From Mobula hypostoma (taxonomy: Eukaryota): DNA of 64,000 nucleotides. Below, piece by piece: positions 47,690 to 60,254 of the stretch. The stretch's first letter is position 1. Each line of letters starts with the position of its first letter. Position numbers and translations under genes: made by a program. The notes under the pieces are model-generated. The model did no database searches and was not told where the DNA came from. It saw only the letters and a list, made by a program, of their open reading frames with translations. The stretch lies in the NCBI RefSeq assembly GCF_963921235.1, contig NC_086118.1:13084001-13148000 (forward strand), read 5' to 3'.

Positions 47690-48070
47690 CAAAGATTCAA
47701 AGTATATTTATCGTCAAAGTGTGTATGCGGTAGACAATCCCAAGATTTGTCTTCCCACAGACAGCCACGAAACAAAGAAAACCGCAGAACTTGGCTAAAG
47801 AAAAACAAGAGACCCCCATCACACAAGAAAAGATCAAATCACACAAACAGCAAGAAGAAGAATGAGCAAGAAACACAGAATACAAAACACCAAATCACAA
47901 AGACATCGAAAGAGTCCACGCGTATTCAGTTCCTCTCAGCTTAGTTCAATCTCACGCCACTTCTCCCACTATCCATCATAACGTGAACTACAGAGTCCCA
48001 TCCACAAGCCGCATCAAGTAAACCTTGCCCAAGACTCATGGACTCCGGCACCATCAAGCAAGAGGGGAAA
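47690..48070 (-). mobile_element. Non-coding retroposon 3' part, related to 60255-60970
   Basis: tcaaagattcaaagtatatttatcgtcaaagtgtgtatg tail signature. Confidence 0.6.
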
Positions 48071-50364
48071 GAGGGACCATTCCATTAGTTTCATAAGTGT
48101 TCATTTAAGAAACAAAAAGTATTGCGAATGATGTAGGATGGTGTTGAATATCATATTCTGAACATGTAATATTTAATTAATCTGTATTTATTCGATCCCA
48201 TGCAGCAATACTCATGAAGCTTGTGCTGTTATCTTGTATCATAAACATAGCAATCAGCTTCAGCTGCACCTCTTATTGATTAGCAATTGCCCAAGAGGTG
48301 TAAGCTTCTCTGAAAGGTTAGCATCAGCAGAATCTCCTTTTTAAGGAGAAGGGTCCATTGTCTGCAATCACTGGTAGAAGCTGCTCCAAGGTATTGGGAA
48401 TCTTGATAAACCGTATTGTAGAATGAGGCAAAGGGCAACATACCTCAATGGACAGGAGAGAAATCTTTTCTGAGTAAGTCCACAGGAAGTCATCCAACTA
48501 AATGACATGGCAACAGAAACAGGAGCAATGTAATGAATGCATGTCACTAAAGCTATAATACTGTCAATAGATTACTAATGTACTGAAGACTTATCACCAG
48601 AAACCCTTCAATACACACAGCCAGGATCTTCTGAAGAGTTGATGAGGTTGAGAACTCTGGGGGAAGCCAGGTACTCAGCCCAGAGCCTCTTTTGATGACA
48701 CCCAAGTGCTAAAGGTCATTGATGATTCTGAGTCACATTTATAATCTCTGACGTGTGACATGAAATTTGTTAGTGTGTGGCAGTAGTACAGTGCAAAGAT
48801 ATTAAACTCCCTAAATAACAAAATAAATAAATAGTACAAATAAAAAAGAATAAAGAGGTACTGATAAAAATATGATAGTGGAGGGGAATGAGCTCTTTCT
48901 GAATCATAAGTTGTGGGGATTCAAGCTCCTGTAACAAGAACAAGGAGGATGTTCTAGTTGGTGAGGGCCTGTAGTAATGGATGCCCCTTCGTGAGGCATC
49001 ATTCCTTGATGAATGCCAAACAATTTAGCACAGATCTGATCACCTTATCAATACGCCCTGACTTGAAAACATTATGGACATGGTAATTGGTGCGACATCA
49101 ATGCTTAAGGTTAGTCAATTGCAATTCAGTTGTTCAATTGCGAACTCTAAAATGAAACAGACAATTAAAAAAATAGCCCAGCATCTTTGGAAAATATCTC
49201 TGCAAAAATGTTCTGACTTGATAGAAATATTCAATGCCTGTGATATTCAGAAACATTTAATCCTTTGCAAAAGTGTCATCAAATTTCAATCTTTTGAAAG
49301 ACAAAAACATGTCTTCTTAATGAAAGAATATTAAATCAGATAAAATACTGAAATAAATCAAAACCTTCAAGAAAGACGTAAATCAGCCAAAATTTGCCCT
49401 GTTATTCAGCTGGTTCTCTGGTTTCCTGCACATGGTTTAACCAGGGTCCTTTTACACAGGTCTTCTTTGTAAGTGAAAATCAAAAGAAGGTGCAAATGCT
49501 GACAATCTGAAATAAAAACAGAAATTACTAAAGATACTCAGCAAGTCAGGCAGCATCAAAGAGAAAAAACACCGTTTCTGATCAAAGATTCTTCATCATT
49601 TCTAACAACCAGAAAAATTAACTCTATTTGTTTTTCCGCAGATATTGTTCGACTGGTTGCTGAGTACTCCCATCATTTTCTATTTCTATTCCTAGGGTAA
49701 ATGCTGGGCTTTTAAGATATATTTACATTTGACTGCTGGAGTTCATGAGGAGTCCAAGATTACATTAATAATGAGCACCACTAATTGCTGATGACAATTT
49801 CAAGACTGAAACCTTAACTCTGCTCTTTTCTCTCTACAGATGCTGTCTGACTTACTGATTATTTCTCTTGCTTTCTGTTCTACTTCATATTTTCAGCATG
49901 CATGATATGTTGCTTGTCTACTGACCTATTTTCTCTATTCGTGTGGTGATAGCAATTATTTGCAGTGAGCAGCACCCATCACAACTTCAGTACAATGATG
50001 TCATGATAACCAAAATTGGTAGCCACACCGCCGCAAATGAACAAAATACATGGAGTCCATGATTCAAACAGCCAAATCCTGCCAAAAGCTTAACGTTTGG
50101 TCTTGACCTTCGACGCTATTTTGTGCTGCTCATTGTGCATCCTACTGCCTTTCTGTTCTGTCTGATCTGTTAATCCACTGTGACATACTGAAGAACGCAA
50201 ATCTTGCTGAATGACAGCAGAAGCTGCACAAGAAATAACAGGGTGAGACTTGGATTTATGTGATATCTCAGAATGCCTCAGCGTTTCATCAGCAACTTCT
50301 ACGAAACTGTAGGTAGGTGACTGACAATTTGAGTGCAGTGAAGTCCCACACAATGCATTTTGTT

Positions 50365-50660
50365 TATTTTATTCACAGATACAGCGCAGAACTGGTCCTT
50401 CCATCCCAACCGGCCGTGCGGCCCCACAACCCATCAATTTAACCCTAACCTAAGCACAGGACAGTTTACGATGAACAATTAACCTACTAACCATTACGCC
50501 TTTGGACTGTGAGAGGAAACTGGAGCACCCGGAAGAAACCCCCGCGGTTCACAGGAAGAATGTACAAACTTACAGATGATGCTGGAATTGAACTTTGAAC
50601 TCTGGAATGTGCCGAGCTGTAATAGCATCACTCTAGCTGCTATGCTAACATGGTGCCCAC
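50365..50660 (-). mobile_element. HE1/V-SINE-like tRNA-derived SINE
   Basis: ctttggactgtgagaggaaactggagcacccggaagaaaccc...gaatgtacaaact...ggaattgaac (reversed B-box-like). Confidence 0.75.
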
Positions 50661-51082
50661 TCTGATTATTGGCCAAGTACTCTATTTTTGAGGTAGCTAA
50701 GTCAAGTCAAATTTATTGTCATTTAACTATATACACGTATATAACCATATAACGTGTATAGGAATGAGACAACATTTCTCCAAACCGGGGCTAACACAAG
50801 GTTAAGCTTTGGCCAATATTTAGCCTTAATTGGCCAAATTATCTTCATTGATTTATATTAGAGGATTCAATTGCCAACAGAACTCTTGAAGCACCCTGAG
50901 ACTTATGCGCATTCAAGTGAAGTGGTCTGTGTTGAATATGAACAGCTTATGGACATAGTGAGCAGAATAGTCTATGTATTTGTTATCAAAACTCCACTGG
51001 TAAATATACTTTGGATGTATAGGTGGATAATTTTCAAAGCACTGGCCAGTGGGCTATGTAATTTCTTATGATTTCTTATGAT

Positions 51083-51134
51083 CAACCAGTTTCCCCCGGG
51101 ATCAATAAAGTATGACTATGACTATGACTATGAC
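51083..51134 (+). mobile_element. LINE 3'-tail micro-insertion, (TGACTA)n tail
   Basis: tttcccccgggatcaataaagta(tgacta)n with flanking TATGAT repeats; same family as 41486-41525. Confidence 0.7.
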
Positions 51135-52774
51135 TATGATAATTGATGCAGAACTTGAACATTTATGCCCATTATGTTAATTATTTGATTACTATGGGTC
51201 TCTGATTATGTAAGAACTTCATCCCTTAAATGCATTTCTAACTTTTCCGTAAATAAATCTACATCATTTACCTCAACTATTCATTATCATGGCAGATTGC
51301 ACCTTCTAATTAATCTCCATGTAAAGAAACCACTTCAATTTCTTATTGATAATCTTATTGTACAATATGATGATTTGTTATAATTTTATATCCTTAGTTA
51401 TAGTCACAGCTGCCAATATATGTGTGTGTATATATAATTGCAGCTAACTTTTATAATCCTTTTTTAATCTTCAGTAAATATTTCAATTCTTGTACAATTA
51501 TGTGATGACAAGTTGGATCATGAATGTAATACAAATTGTATCCTGTATTCAACTAAACATGAATGATTGTGTAATGTGATCTATTAATATATTTAAAACA
51601 TATTCAAGTAAATTAATAAACTGTGAGTGGGATAGGAAAAGCACTGTTCATTTTTTATTAATTTATTTTAAAATAAATTAAAATTTCGTACAATTTTTAA
51701 AATACTTACGTAAGTCTTATTGCTTAATAAGAAATTGGGATCAGACTATCAATTACTCCTTAAGTCATTATCAATCAACTGAAGTGCATGGTAATACTCA
51801 CAGACCAAATGTCAACAACTAAGCAGATATGGGTCCTAGTCTACTTTTGTTTGGCATACAACTTAGAAAAATTTGAATCTGCTAATTATTTTTACAGCCT
51901 TAGAATAAACCATTTACTCTGTGTTTCCTTGCAAAACTATATCAAAACTACTTATTTTACCTTTGAAAATCATGGTTTTATTTTGTATCACTGCATGTAA
52001 AGGTTTGGAGAAAGACTGCTACATGTTACAGAAAATGCTCTTCTGTTGTTCATAACTCCTGCATCATTAGATCAAAGGCTTAGAGAGCTGTGCAGGCACA
52101 CAGTTCTTGCAGATACTCTTTGGTATGAAGCCATCAAACCTCGTTGGGCTGCCTCATTGACAGATGGCAATGCAAAGGGAATGCTATCTTTCTTGGTTTA
52201 TACTTCATATTTGTTCAGTGTCTGTGGTCACAAGCCTGGCATCCATTGCTTTTGATGGTGCATCTAGTTTCTTATAAACAGGCATCACTCAGTGCCATCT
52301 GCAAGTCACTGATTTATCATGCCACCCTTGGTCCTTCTGTCTGAAGACTGGCAGATAATTAATAAAGACATCTCCTCAGGCTATGCTGGGATCCTGGCAT
52401 GAACCTTTACCATTACTGCATGTTTCTGTGCCAGGAACCTGGGTGCACATTACCCTGCACTCCCCTCATGGCTCCGTGGCTGTCTGATTGAAATGTTTGC
52501 ATGGGCTGGATAAACGGTGCTACCAGTTGGTGCTGACGTCAAGAGCTCAGGTCTGCACCCTGACTGGTAGCAGTGAGTGTGGGCCATTGCCAGAGAGAGG
52601 CAGCACCTCATGCTGATATATCAACTGGATTTCATAGTATCTCTCATCACTTCTATTGGAGATGATGGAAGGTGCTGTCTCCCTCTCTCTTTATTTGCCA
52701 GCAAACTCTTCCCAGCTCAAGAGGCTTTAGTATAAGCATGCAGATAGTTTACCTAATTACACTGGGTCTTACGC

Positions 52775-52915
52775 ACAAAATGCTGGAGGAACGCAGCAGG
52801 CCAGGCAGCATCTACGTCGACTATACTCTTTTCCATAGATGCTGCCTGGCCTGTTGAATTCCTCCAGCATTTTGTTTGTGTTGCTTGGATTTCCAGCATC
52901 TGCAGATTTTCTTTT
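52775..52915. mobile_element. Palindromic Penelope-terminus element
   Basis: ~40-bp inverted arms at 52775-52814 and 52836-52875. Confidence 0.8.
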
Positions 52916-53114
52916 GCTTACACCAGGTCTTAATTGGGATGGTACCTGGAGAATTGTGTGCAGTTCTTCTATCCGTTCCTAAGGAAAGATGTACTTTCTG
53001 TGTTGGAACTGGAATTGGAATTGGTTTATTATTGTCACAATTTGCTGTATTGCTGTAGAGGTGAAAAGTCTGTCTTGCATATTGTTCATACTGATCAATT
53101 CATTACATAGTGCA

Positions 53115-53594
53115 TAGGGCAGAAAGAAGCTGCAGAAGGTTGTAAATCTAGTCAGCTCCATCTTGGGCACAAGCCTATAAAGTACCCAGGGCATCTTTAG
53201 GGAGCAGTGTCTCAGAAAGGCAGCAACCATTATTAAAGACTCCCAGCATCCAGGGCATGCCCTTTTCTCACTGTTACCATCAAATAGGAGATACAGAAGC
53301 CTGAAGGCACACACTCAGCAATTCAGGGACAGCTTCTTCCCCTCTGCCATCCGATTCCTAAATGGACTTTGAAGCTTTGGACACTACCTCACTTTATTAA
53401 TATACAGTAGCTCTGTTTTTGCACATTTTAATAATCTATTCAATATACATAATTTAATTGTTTATTTATTATGTTTTATTTTATTTATTATTATTTTTTC
53501 TCTTCTCTGCTAGATTATGTATTGCATTGAACTGCTGCTGTTAAGTGAACAAATTTCACATCATATGCCGGTGATAATAAACCTGATTCTGATT
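53115..53594 (+). mobile_element. Rex1/Babar-type LINE 3' end, nested in an opposite-strand element of similar type (53008-54940)
   Basis: KKLQKVVN...CLRKAATIIKDSQHPGHALFSLLPSNRRYRSL...FRDSFFPSAIRFLN; tail aataaacctgattctgatt. Confidence 0.85.
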
Positions 53595-54284
53595 GAGGTG
53601 GAACAAGGTAAAAGAATAACAGAATGCAGAGTAAAGTATAACAACTACAGATAAAGTGCAGTAGGTAGATTGCAAGATGGAGAGTTCACTTTATTGTACT
53701 AGAGAGCCATTTAATAGTCTTATAACAGCAGGGCAGAAGCTGTTTTTCAGCCTGGTGATTTTCAGGCGTTTGTATCTTCTGCCTGATGGGAAGGGGGAGA
53801 TAAAGAATGTCTTTAATTATGCCAGCTGCTTTGCTGAGGCAGCAAGACCATGGAGGAGAGCTTGGCTTTTGTGATGGGCTGAGCTGTAACCACAGCTCTC
53901 TGAGATTTCTTGCAGTCATGGGCAGAGCTGTAGCCACACCAAGCAATTATTCATCCAGATAGGATTCTTTCTATGCTGTATCGATAAATACTGGTAAGGG
54001 TTGAGGGGTTTTGCTGACATTGTTGTCATGACACCATGTGGGGAAGGAGGTCTCGGAGTCAATGTTCCTGTTGCGCTTTTTTTGTTGGACGGATTTGGAA
54101 AACAATGTTCTTTTTGTATTTTGTTCAGGGAGCGGAGGGGATTTGGCGGGGTCAATGCTCTTGTTGCATTTTTGTTAACTTTTTGTGCAGGGAGAGGGGG
54201 ATTTTGGGACCAATGTTCTTTATTTATATATTGATATGCAGCCCTTCGAACTGTACCACCCAGCATTCCCCAGTTTGACCCTCG

Positions 54285-54482
54285 GCTAATCATGGGACAA
54301 TTTATAATGACCTATTAGCCTACCAACTGGTACATCTACGTCCTGTGGGAGGAAACTAGAGCACCCAGAGGAAACCCACACTGTCACAGGGAGAACATAC
54401 AAATTCCTTACAGGCAGCAGCAGGAATTGAACCTGGGCCACTGGTACTGTAAAGCTTTGTGTCAACCACCACATTACCGTGC
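54285..54482 (-). mobile_element. HE1/V-SINE-like SINE
   Basis: tgtgggaggaaactagagcacccagaggaaacccac...gggagaacatacaaa...ggaattgaacctggg. Confidence 0.75.
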
Positions 54483-54975
54483 TGACTTTTACGTTACGTT
54501 TTGTGCGGGGGGGAGGGGTTTGGAGGTTGATGAAGGTGTTGCTGTTCTTTATGGTGTGGTGGTGGGAGGGTGTATTTGCTGTTTCTCTCTGAACTGGCCT
54601 CCATTGTATTTTTTTTTGTTTCATGGCATTCGGGAGAAGAAGACTAGATACAGCCCACTATGGCAGTGTAATCTTCAAGCTTGTAGATGGAGTGATGGGA
54701 GAATCTGGCCACACAGTCATGAGTGTACAGTGAGTGGAATAGAGGGCTGAGGACTCAGCCTTGTGGAGCATTAGTTTTGAGGATAATCATGGGAAAAGTG
54801 AGTTGCTCATTTTTATTGGCTGTTGTATGGTGGTCAGGATGTCAAGAATCCATTTGGAGAAGGAGGTGTTGACTCTTAGAGTTTTAAGTTTGGTAATTAA
54901 TTTGTTTAGAATTATAGCATTGAAGGCAGATCTACATTAGACTTTTATTATATCAAGAATGTAGCAAAGATTCAC

Positions 54976-55320
54976 CAACACAAGGAAATCTGCAGATGCT
55001 GGAATTTCAAGCACCACACATGAAAGTTGCTGGTGAACACAGCAGGCCAGGCAGCGTCTCCAGGAAGAGGTACAGTCGACGTTTCAGGCCGAGACCCTTC
55101 CTCAGGACTAACTGAAAGAAGAGCTAGTAAGAGATTTGAAAGTGGGAGGGGGAGGGGGAGATCCGAAGTGATAGGAGAAGACAGGAGGGGGAGGGATGGA
55201 GCCAAGAGCTGGACAGGTGATTGGCAAAAGGGATATGAGAGGATCATGGGACAGGAGGCCTAGGGAGAAAGATAAGGGGGAGGGGGAAAGCCCAGAGGAT
55301 GGGCAAGGGGTATAGTGAGA
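54976..55320 (-). mobile_element. Penelope-like terminal repeat fragment (young)
   Basis: Close reverse-complement match to 24730-25037. Confidence 0.88.
55074..55109 (-). ncRNA. Minimal type I hammerhead ribozyme, core intact
   Basis: Minus strand AGTC-CTGAGGA-A-GGGT(CTCG)GCCT-GAAAC-GTC-GACT. Confidence 0.8.
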
Positions 55321-55699
55321 TGATCCTCTCATAGGAGGGAATTCATAGACAATTCCCTTTATTCCCTATAGTTTAGAAGAGCCGAATGTGTCCTCGTTGA
55401 AGCATGGAATATTCTTAGAGGTCTCAATAAAGTAGAAATAGCATGACGTTTTCACTGACCAAAGAGTCTAGAATCAAAGTTAGTCTCAAAACAGGGGCTG
55501 CTGCTTAGGAATTGGGAGAAGAATTTGCGTTTTATGAAGGTCAGAGAATTCTCTACCCTTGGAGATTGTGAAGTCAGTACATTAGTTCAAAACGAAGGCT
55601 GATAACGTTCAGGGTATAGCAGGGATCATGGGATATGGGAATAGGACAGAAGCATGGTGTCACGGTAGAAGATCAGGCATGATCGTCTACATCGACGCC

Positions 55700-55880
55700 A
55701 TTGGCACCATGGTAGCATAATGGTTGACGTGATGTTATTACAGCTTGGGGCATTCTGGATTTTGGAGTTCAATTCTGGCGCTGTCTATAAGGAATCTGCA
55801 CGTCCTCCCCGTGTGATGCATGAGTTTTCCCTGACTGCTCCACACACCCCCCCCCACCCGCCCACAGTCCAAAGTTGTAC
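55700..55880 (+). mobile_element. HE1/V-SINE-like SINE 5' part
   Basis: ggcaccatggtagcataatggtt (A-box-like), ggagttcaattc (B-box-like), cccacagtccaaag. Confidence 0.65.
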
Positions 55881-56009
55881 TGCTGAATCTTTGCTACTTT
55901 TAGTATATGCTGGAGAATATACTTCCATTACTGCACGGTATTTTGAAGGTTTGTGTCACTTGCATGGGTTGTGATTCTGCCCAGCCAATTCTTCTAGTGT
56001 CAGGAGTAC

Positions 56010-58640
56010 CATAAGACATGGAACAGTATAATACAGCACACAAGCTGGCTCCTTGCGCACCATGTTGTGCCGAACCAGATAAAAAGTAAGCTTTTAAAAA
56101 ACTAATCCTTCTTACCTACACGATGTCCATATCCCTCCATCTTCTTTCTAGTCCTATGCCTATCTAAATGTCTCTTAAAAGCCTGTAATGTGTTTGCTTC
56201 CACCACCATACCAGGCTGTGCATTCTAGGCATCTACCACTCTCTGAGTGAAAAAACTTAACCCTCACATCCCCTTTGAACCTATCTCCTCTCACTTTCAA
56301 TGCATGCCCTCTGATATTAGATATTTCTACCCTGGGAGAAAGATACTTCCTGTCTACTCTATCTATGCCTCTCACAATCTTATAAATCTCTATCAGACCT
56401 CCTCTCAGATTCTGCCACTCCAGAGAAAACAACCCAAGTTTGTCCAGCCTCTCATGATAGTACATGCCCTGTAGCCAGGCAACATCCTGATAAACCTCTT
56501 CTGCACCCTCTACAAAGCCTCAACATCCTCCCTATAGTGGGGCGACCCGAACTGTATACAATGCTTTAGACATTGCTTAACTAGAGTTCTGTAAGTTTGC
56601 TACATAACCTCTTAGCCTTTGCGCTCAATCTCTAGACTAATAAAAGCAAGCCTTCCCAAAGACTTCTTAACTGCCCTATATAGCCTCTTTCACAGAGCTA
56701 TGAACTTGGATCCCAAGATCTTTCTGCTCAACAATACTGTTAAGGGTTGTACTGTTAACAGTGTACTGTCTCTTTACATTTGCCTTACCAAGGTGCAACA
56801 CCTCACATTTCTCTAGGTTAAACTCCATCTGCCATTTTTCTGCCCATATCTGCAACTAATCTATATTGCACTATATCCTTCGCCTGTCTTCTACACTATC
56901 CACAATTCCACCAACCTTGGTATCATCAGCAAACTTACTAGCCCACCCATCTACATTTTCATGCAGACTATTTATATCCATCTCAAACAGCAGAGGTCCC
57001 AGTATAGATCCCTGCAGAACACCACTAATTACAGACCTCCAGTTCAAATAAATCCCTACAACCACTACCCTCTGTATTCTATGTGCAAGCCATTTCTGAA
57101 TCCAAACAGCCAAGTCGCTGTGGACCTCCCATGAGGGACTTTGTCAAATGCCTTACTAAAATCTATTTAGACAATATCCACTGCTCTACCTTCATTGATC
57201 TCTCTTGTCACCTCGTCAAAATCTTCTATCAAGTTGCTAAGGCATGACCTGTCATGCACAAAGCCTTACTGGCTCTCCCTAATTAGACCATAGGTTCCAA
57301 ATGCTCACATATCCTATCTCGAAGAAATTTCTTCAGTAATTTCCCTACAAATGACATGACATTCTTTGGTCTATAGTTTCCAGGCGTTTCCCTTGTTCCC
57401 TTTTTAAATAGAGCTACAACATTAGCCACTTACCAGTCTTCCGGGACCTCACCTGTGCCTAGAGATGGCATGAAAATACTGGCCAAGGGACCAGCAATCT
57501 CATCTCTTGTCTTACTCAATAACCTGAGGTAGACCCCATAATGCCCTGGGGACCTTACCTTAATATTCATTATAAGACCCAAAACTTCCTCCTCCTTGAC
57601 CTCTAAAATCCCTAACATATTTATCCATTCAGCACTGCTGGTCCTCCATGTCCTTTTCCTTTGTAAAAACCGAAGTAAAATGTTCATTAAAGACCTCACC
57701 CACTTTTTCCACATCCAAGCAAATGTTCCCCTCTTTATCCTTGAGTGGTGTGACCCTCTGTCTTGTTATCCTTTTGCTCTGGATGTATAGAATGGCTTGG
57801 AATTCACTTTAATCCCATTTGCCAAAGACTTTTCAGGGCCCCTCCTGGCTTTCTTAGTTCCCTTCATGAGTTCTTTATAATCCTCATGTGCTCCATTTGA
57901 TCTTAACTTTTGAAGCTTTACATACTTCTTCTTTTTTCTTCTTGACTAAACTCATTACCTCTCTGGACATCCAATATTCTCTTATCTTTCCTTCCCTGTC
58001 CTTTCTTCAAACAATAGCGTACCTTTCCTGTACTCTGCGAAATTGATCTTTAAACACCCGCTGCATGTTTGATGTGGACTTGCCAGAGAAAAGGTGTTCC
58101 CAGTTAACAATTAGTTCCTGCCTAAAACCCTCATAATTTGCTCTGCTCCAATTTAAAACTCCCCCACAAGGACCATACCTATCGTTATCTATAACTATAC
58201 TGAAAGTTAAGGAGTTGTGGCCACTGTTTCCTAACTGCTCACCCACTGAAAGCTCAGTCACTTGGCCAGGTTCATTTCCCATCACCAGGTACAGTACAGC
58301 TCCTCCTCTCATTGAACCATCTACATAACGGTTCAAGGAACTCTCCTGGACACACATAACCAATTCTGCCCCATCAAAACCCCTGGATCTAAGAAAGTTC
58401 CAGTTTATATTAAGGAAGTTGAAATCCCCCATGAGAACAACCCTACTATTTTTAGGTATTTCCATAATCTGTTTACCTATCTGTTCCTCAAAGTCCTGGT
58501 GGCTATTAGGGGGTCTGTAGTACAATCCCAGCAGTATGATTGCATCCTTCCTATTCTTGAGTTCCACCCAAATGGACTCAATGTTTGTACCCTCCATTAT
58601 GTCTCCCCTGAGTGCAGCTGTGATATTGTCTCTGATTATT
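56010..58640 (-). mobile_element. 5'-truncated decayed CR1 (EN to 3' end), same subfamily as copy A
   Basis: LGLYYRPPNS, MGDFNF, GVLQGSILGP, KFADDTK, ERLDKLGLFSLE. Confidence 0.92.
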
Positions 58641-58749
58641 TGTATCCCTTTCAACAACAACAAAATAGCTAAGTTTGGGAGTGAGCTGTGTGAGTAGACT
58701 GTCAAAACCATTTGGCATTGTACCTCATTGCCAGAGTTCACCAGCAAGC

Positions 58750-59405
58750 AGGAGGAGAAGATGGTGGCATGACGCAGCGCGTGCGGCATCTCCGGTGATG
58801 AATGAATATGTGTTATGTGTCAAGTAGGATGCTGTGCACAATTCTGATTTGATGGAGGCAGACGAGGAACATCTGGTGAAACTTCTGAAATGCCTGCTTC
58901 GTTGCCGCTGCTACTGTGTGATCCAAGATCTCTGGAGGGGAAGGCCACGAATCCTCGGCTTTGTCTGTTGCGGCTGGGCCGGGGTCGAAGTGCTCGGCAG
59001 AGATGATGCTTGGTGCTCGGTGTCGGAGGGCTGGTCAGAGGCTCGAAGTTTTCAGACGAACTCAGAGTCGAACCATGGTCAGGTGCTTCCAGGATGCTGC
59101 ATTGGCAAGTTTGCGGTGCTGGAAGCTCATGACAGGGAGAGTTTCTCCCTTCTACCGTCTGTGTGAGATGTTGGGGCTATTGGGACTTTGAGACTTTATT
59201 TACCATGCCCATGGTCTGCTTTTATCAAATTACTGTATTGCTTTGCACTGTTGTAACTAGATGTTATAATTATGTGTTTTTTGTCAGTTTTAGTCTTGGT
59301 CTGTCTTGTGTTTCTGTGATATCATACTGGAGGAACATTGTATCATTTTTAATGCATGCATTTCTAAACGACAATAAATGAGGACTGAGTGTCCTCATAA
59401 TCTAA
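58750..59405 (+). mobile_element. Apparently complete non-coding retroposon (AAGATGG start, 3' hairpin)
   Basis: Starts ggaggagaagatggtggc; ends gacaataaATGAGGAC-tgagt-GTCCTCATaatctaa. Confidence 0.55.
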
Positions 59406-60254
59406 AGCTCTGAGACCTTGATTGACTGGTAGTGAGAGTGGCCTTCCCCATCAGATCCTTCCTACTGCTGGATTTTCATTCCCAGCGCATGCTTCCTTTC
59501 AGCTGGCTGTGAGATGTATTTTATCCAGCTCATTGGGAATGTGTGTTTGCCAAGAAGATCTTGAAAAGGATGCAATGGTTCTGGTCAAGATTTGTTAACC
59601 TGATGTCAAGGAAAAGATCTGCTACTGCGGACATATCTGTAAAGAGACATTCCCTGGATGCAGGATGGGCACATTGAAGCCCAACCTAGTCCCAACTGTT
59701 TTTGATGTATTTACTGTGAGTAAAGTGTATTTTTAGAGAAAAATTGGATGTTCTGATGCAGTTCCACAACAACTGTAGTTTGTATTAGGAGTCCACATTT
59801 CTCTGCTAAGTGCTTTATTGTAACATTAATATTGCTTCTCATGCTGAAAAGACACCAAACAAGCTATCGTGAATATTGTTGAAAAGCCCAGTCCAATTTC
59901 TGAATGAGTAATAACGACATGATTGTATTAGCTTTTACTTGTCACATGTATATCAAAGTATATAGCAAAATGCTTTGTTTGTGTCAATGACCAACACAGT
60001 CCAAGTGTGTACTGGGGCCAACGTGTGTCAGCTTGCTTCCAGTGCCAACATGGCGTGCCCACAGCTTACTTCTCGTACGTCTTTGGAATGTATATGGAAG
60101 GAATCCGGAGCTCCACGTTATGCTAACTGCCACTCTCTACAAGGACTACATCAAACTTGCATGAAAACATTTGGTGCTCAGGAAGTTTACACACCTGAAG
60201 TTATATAGCATAAAAAATGACCATTCAACCCACCAAGTAGGCTGACCATCTTCC

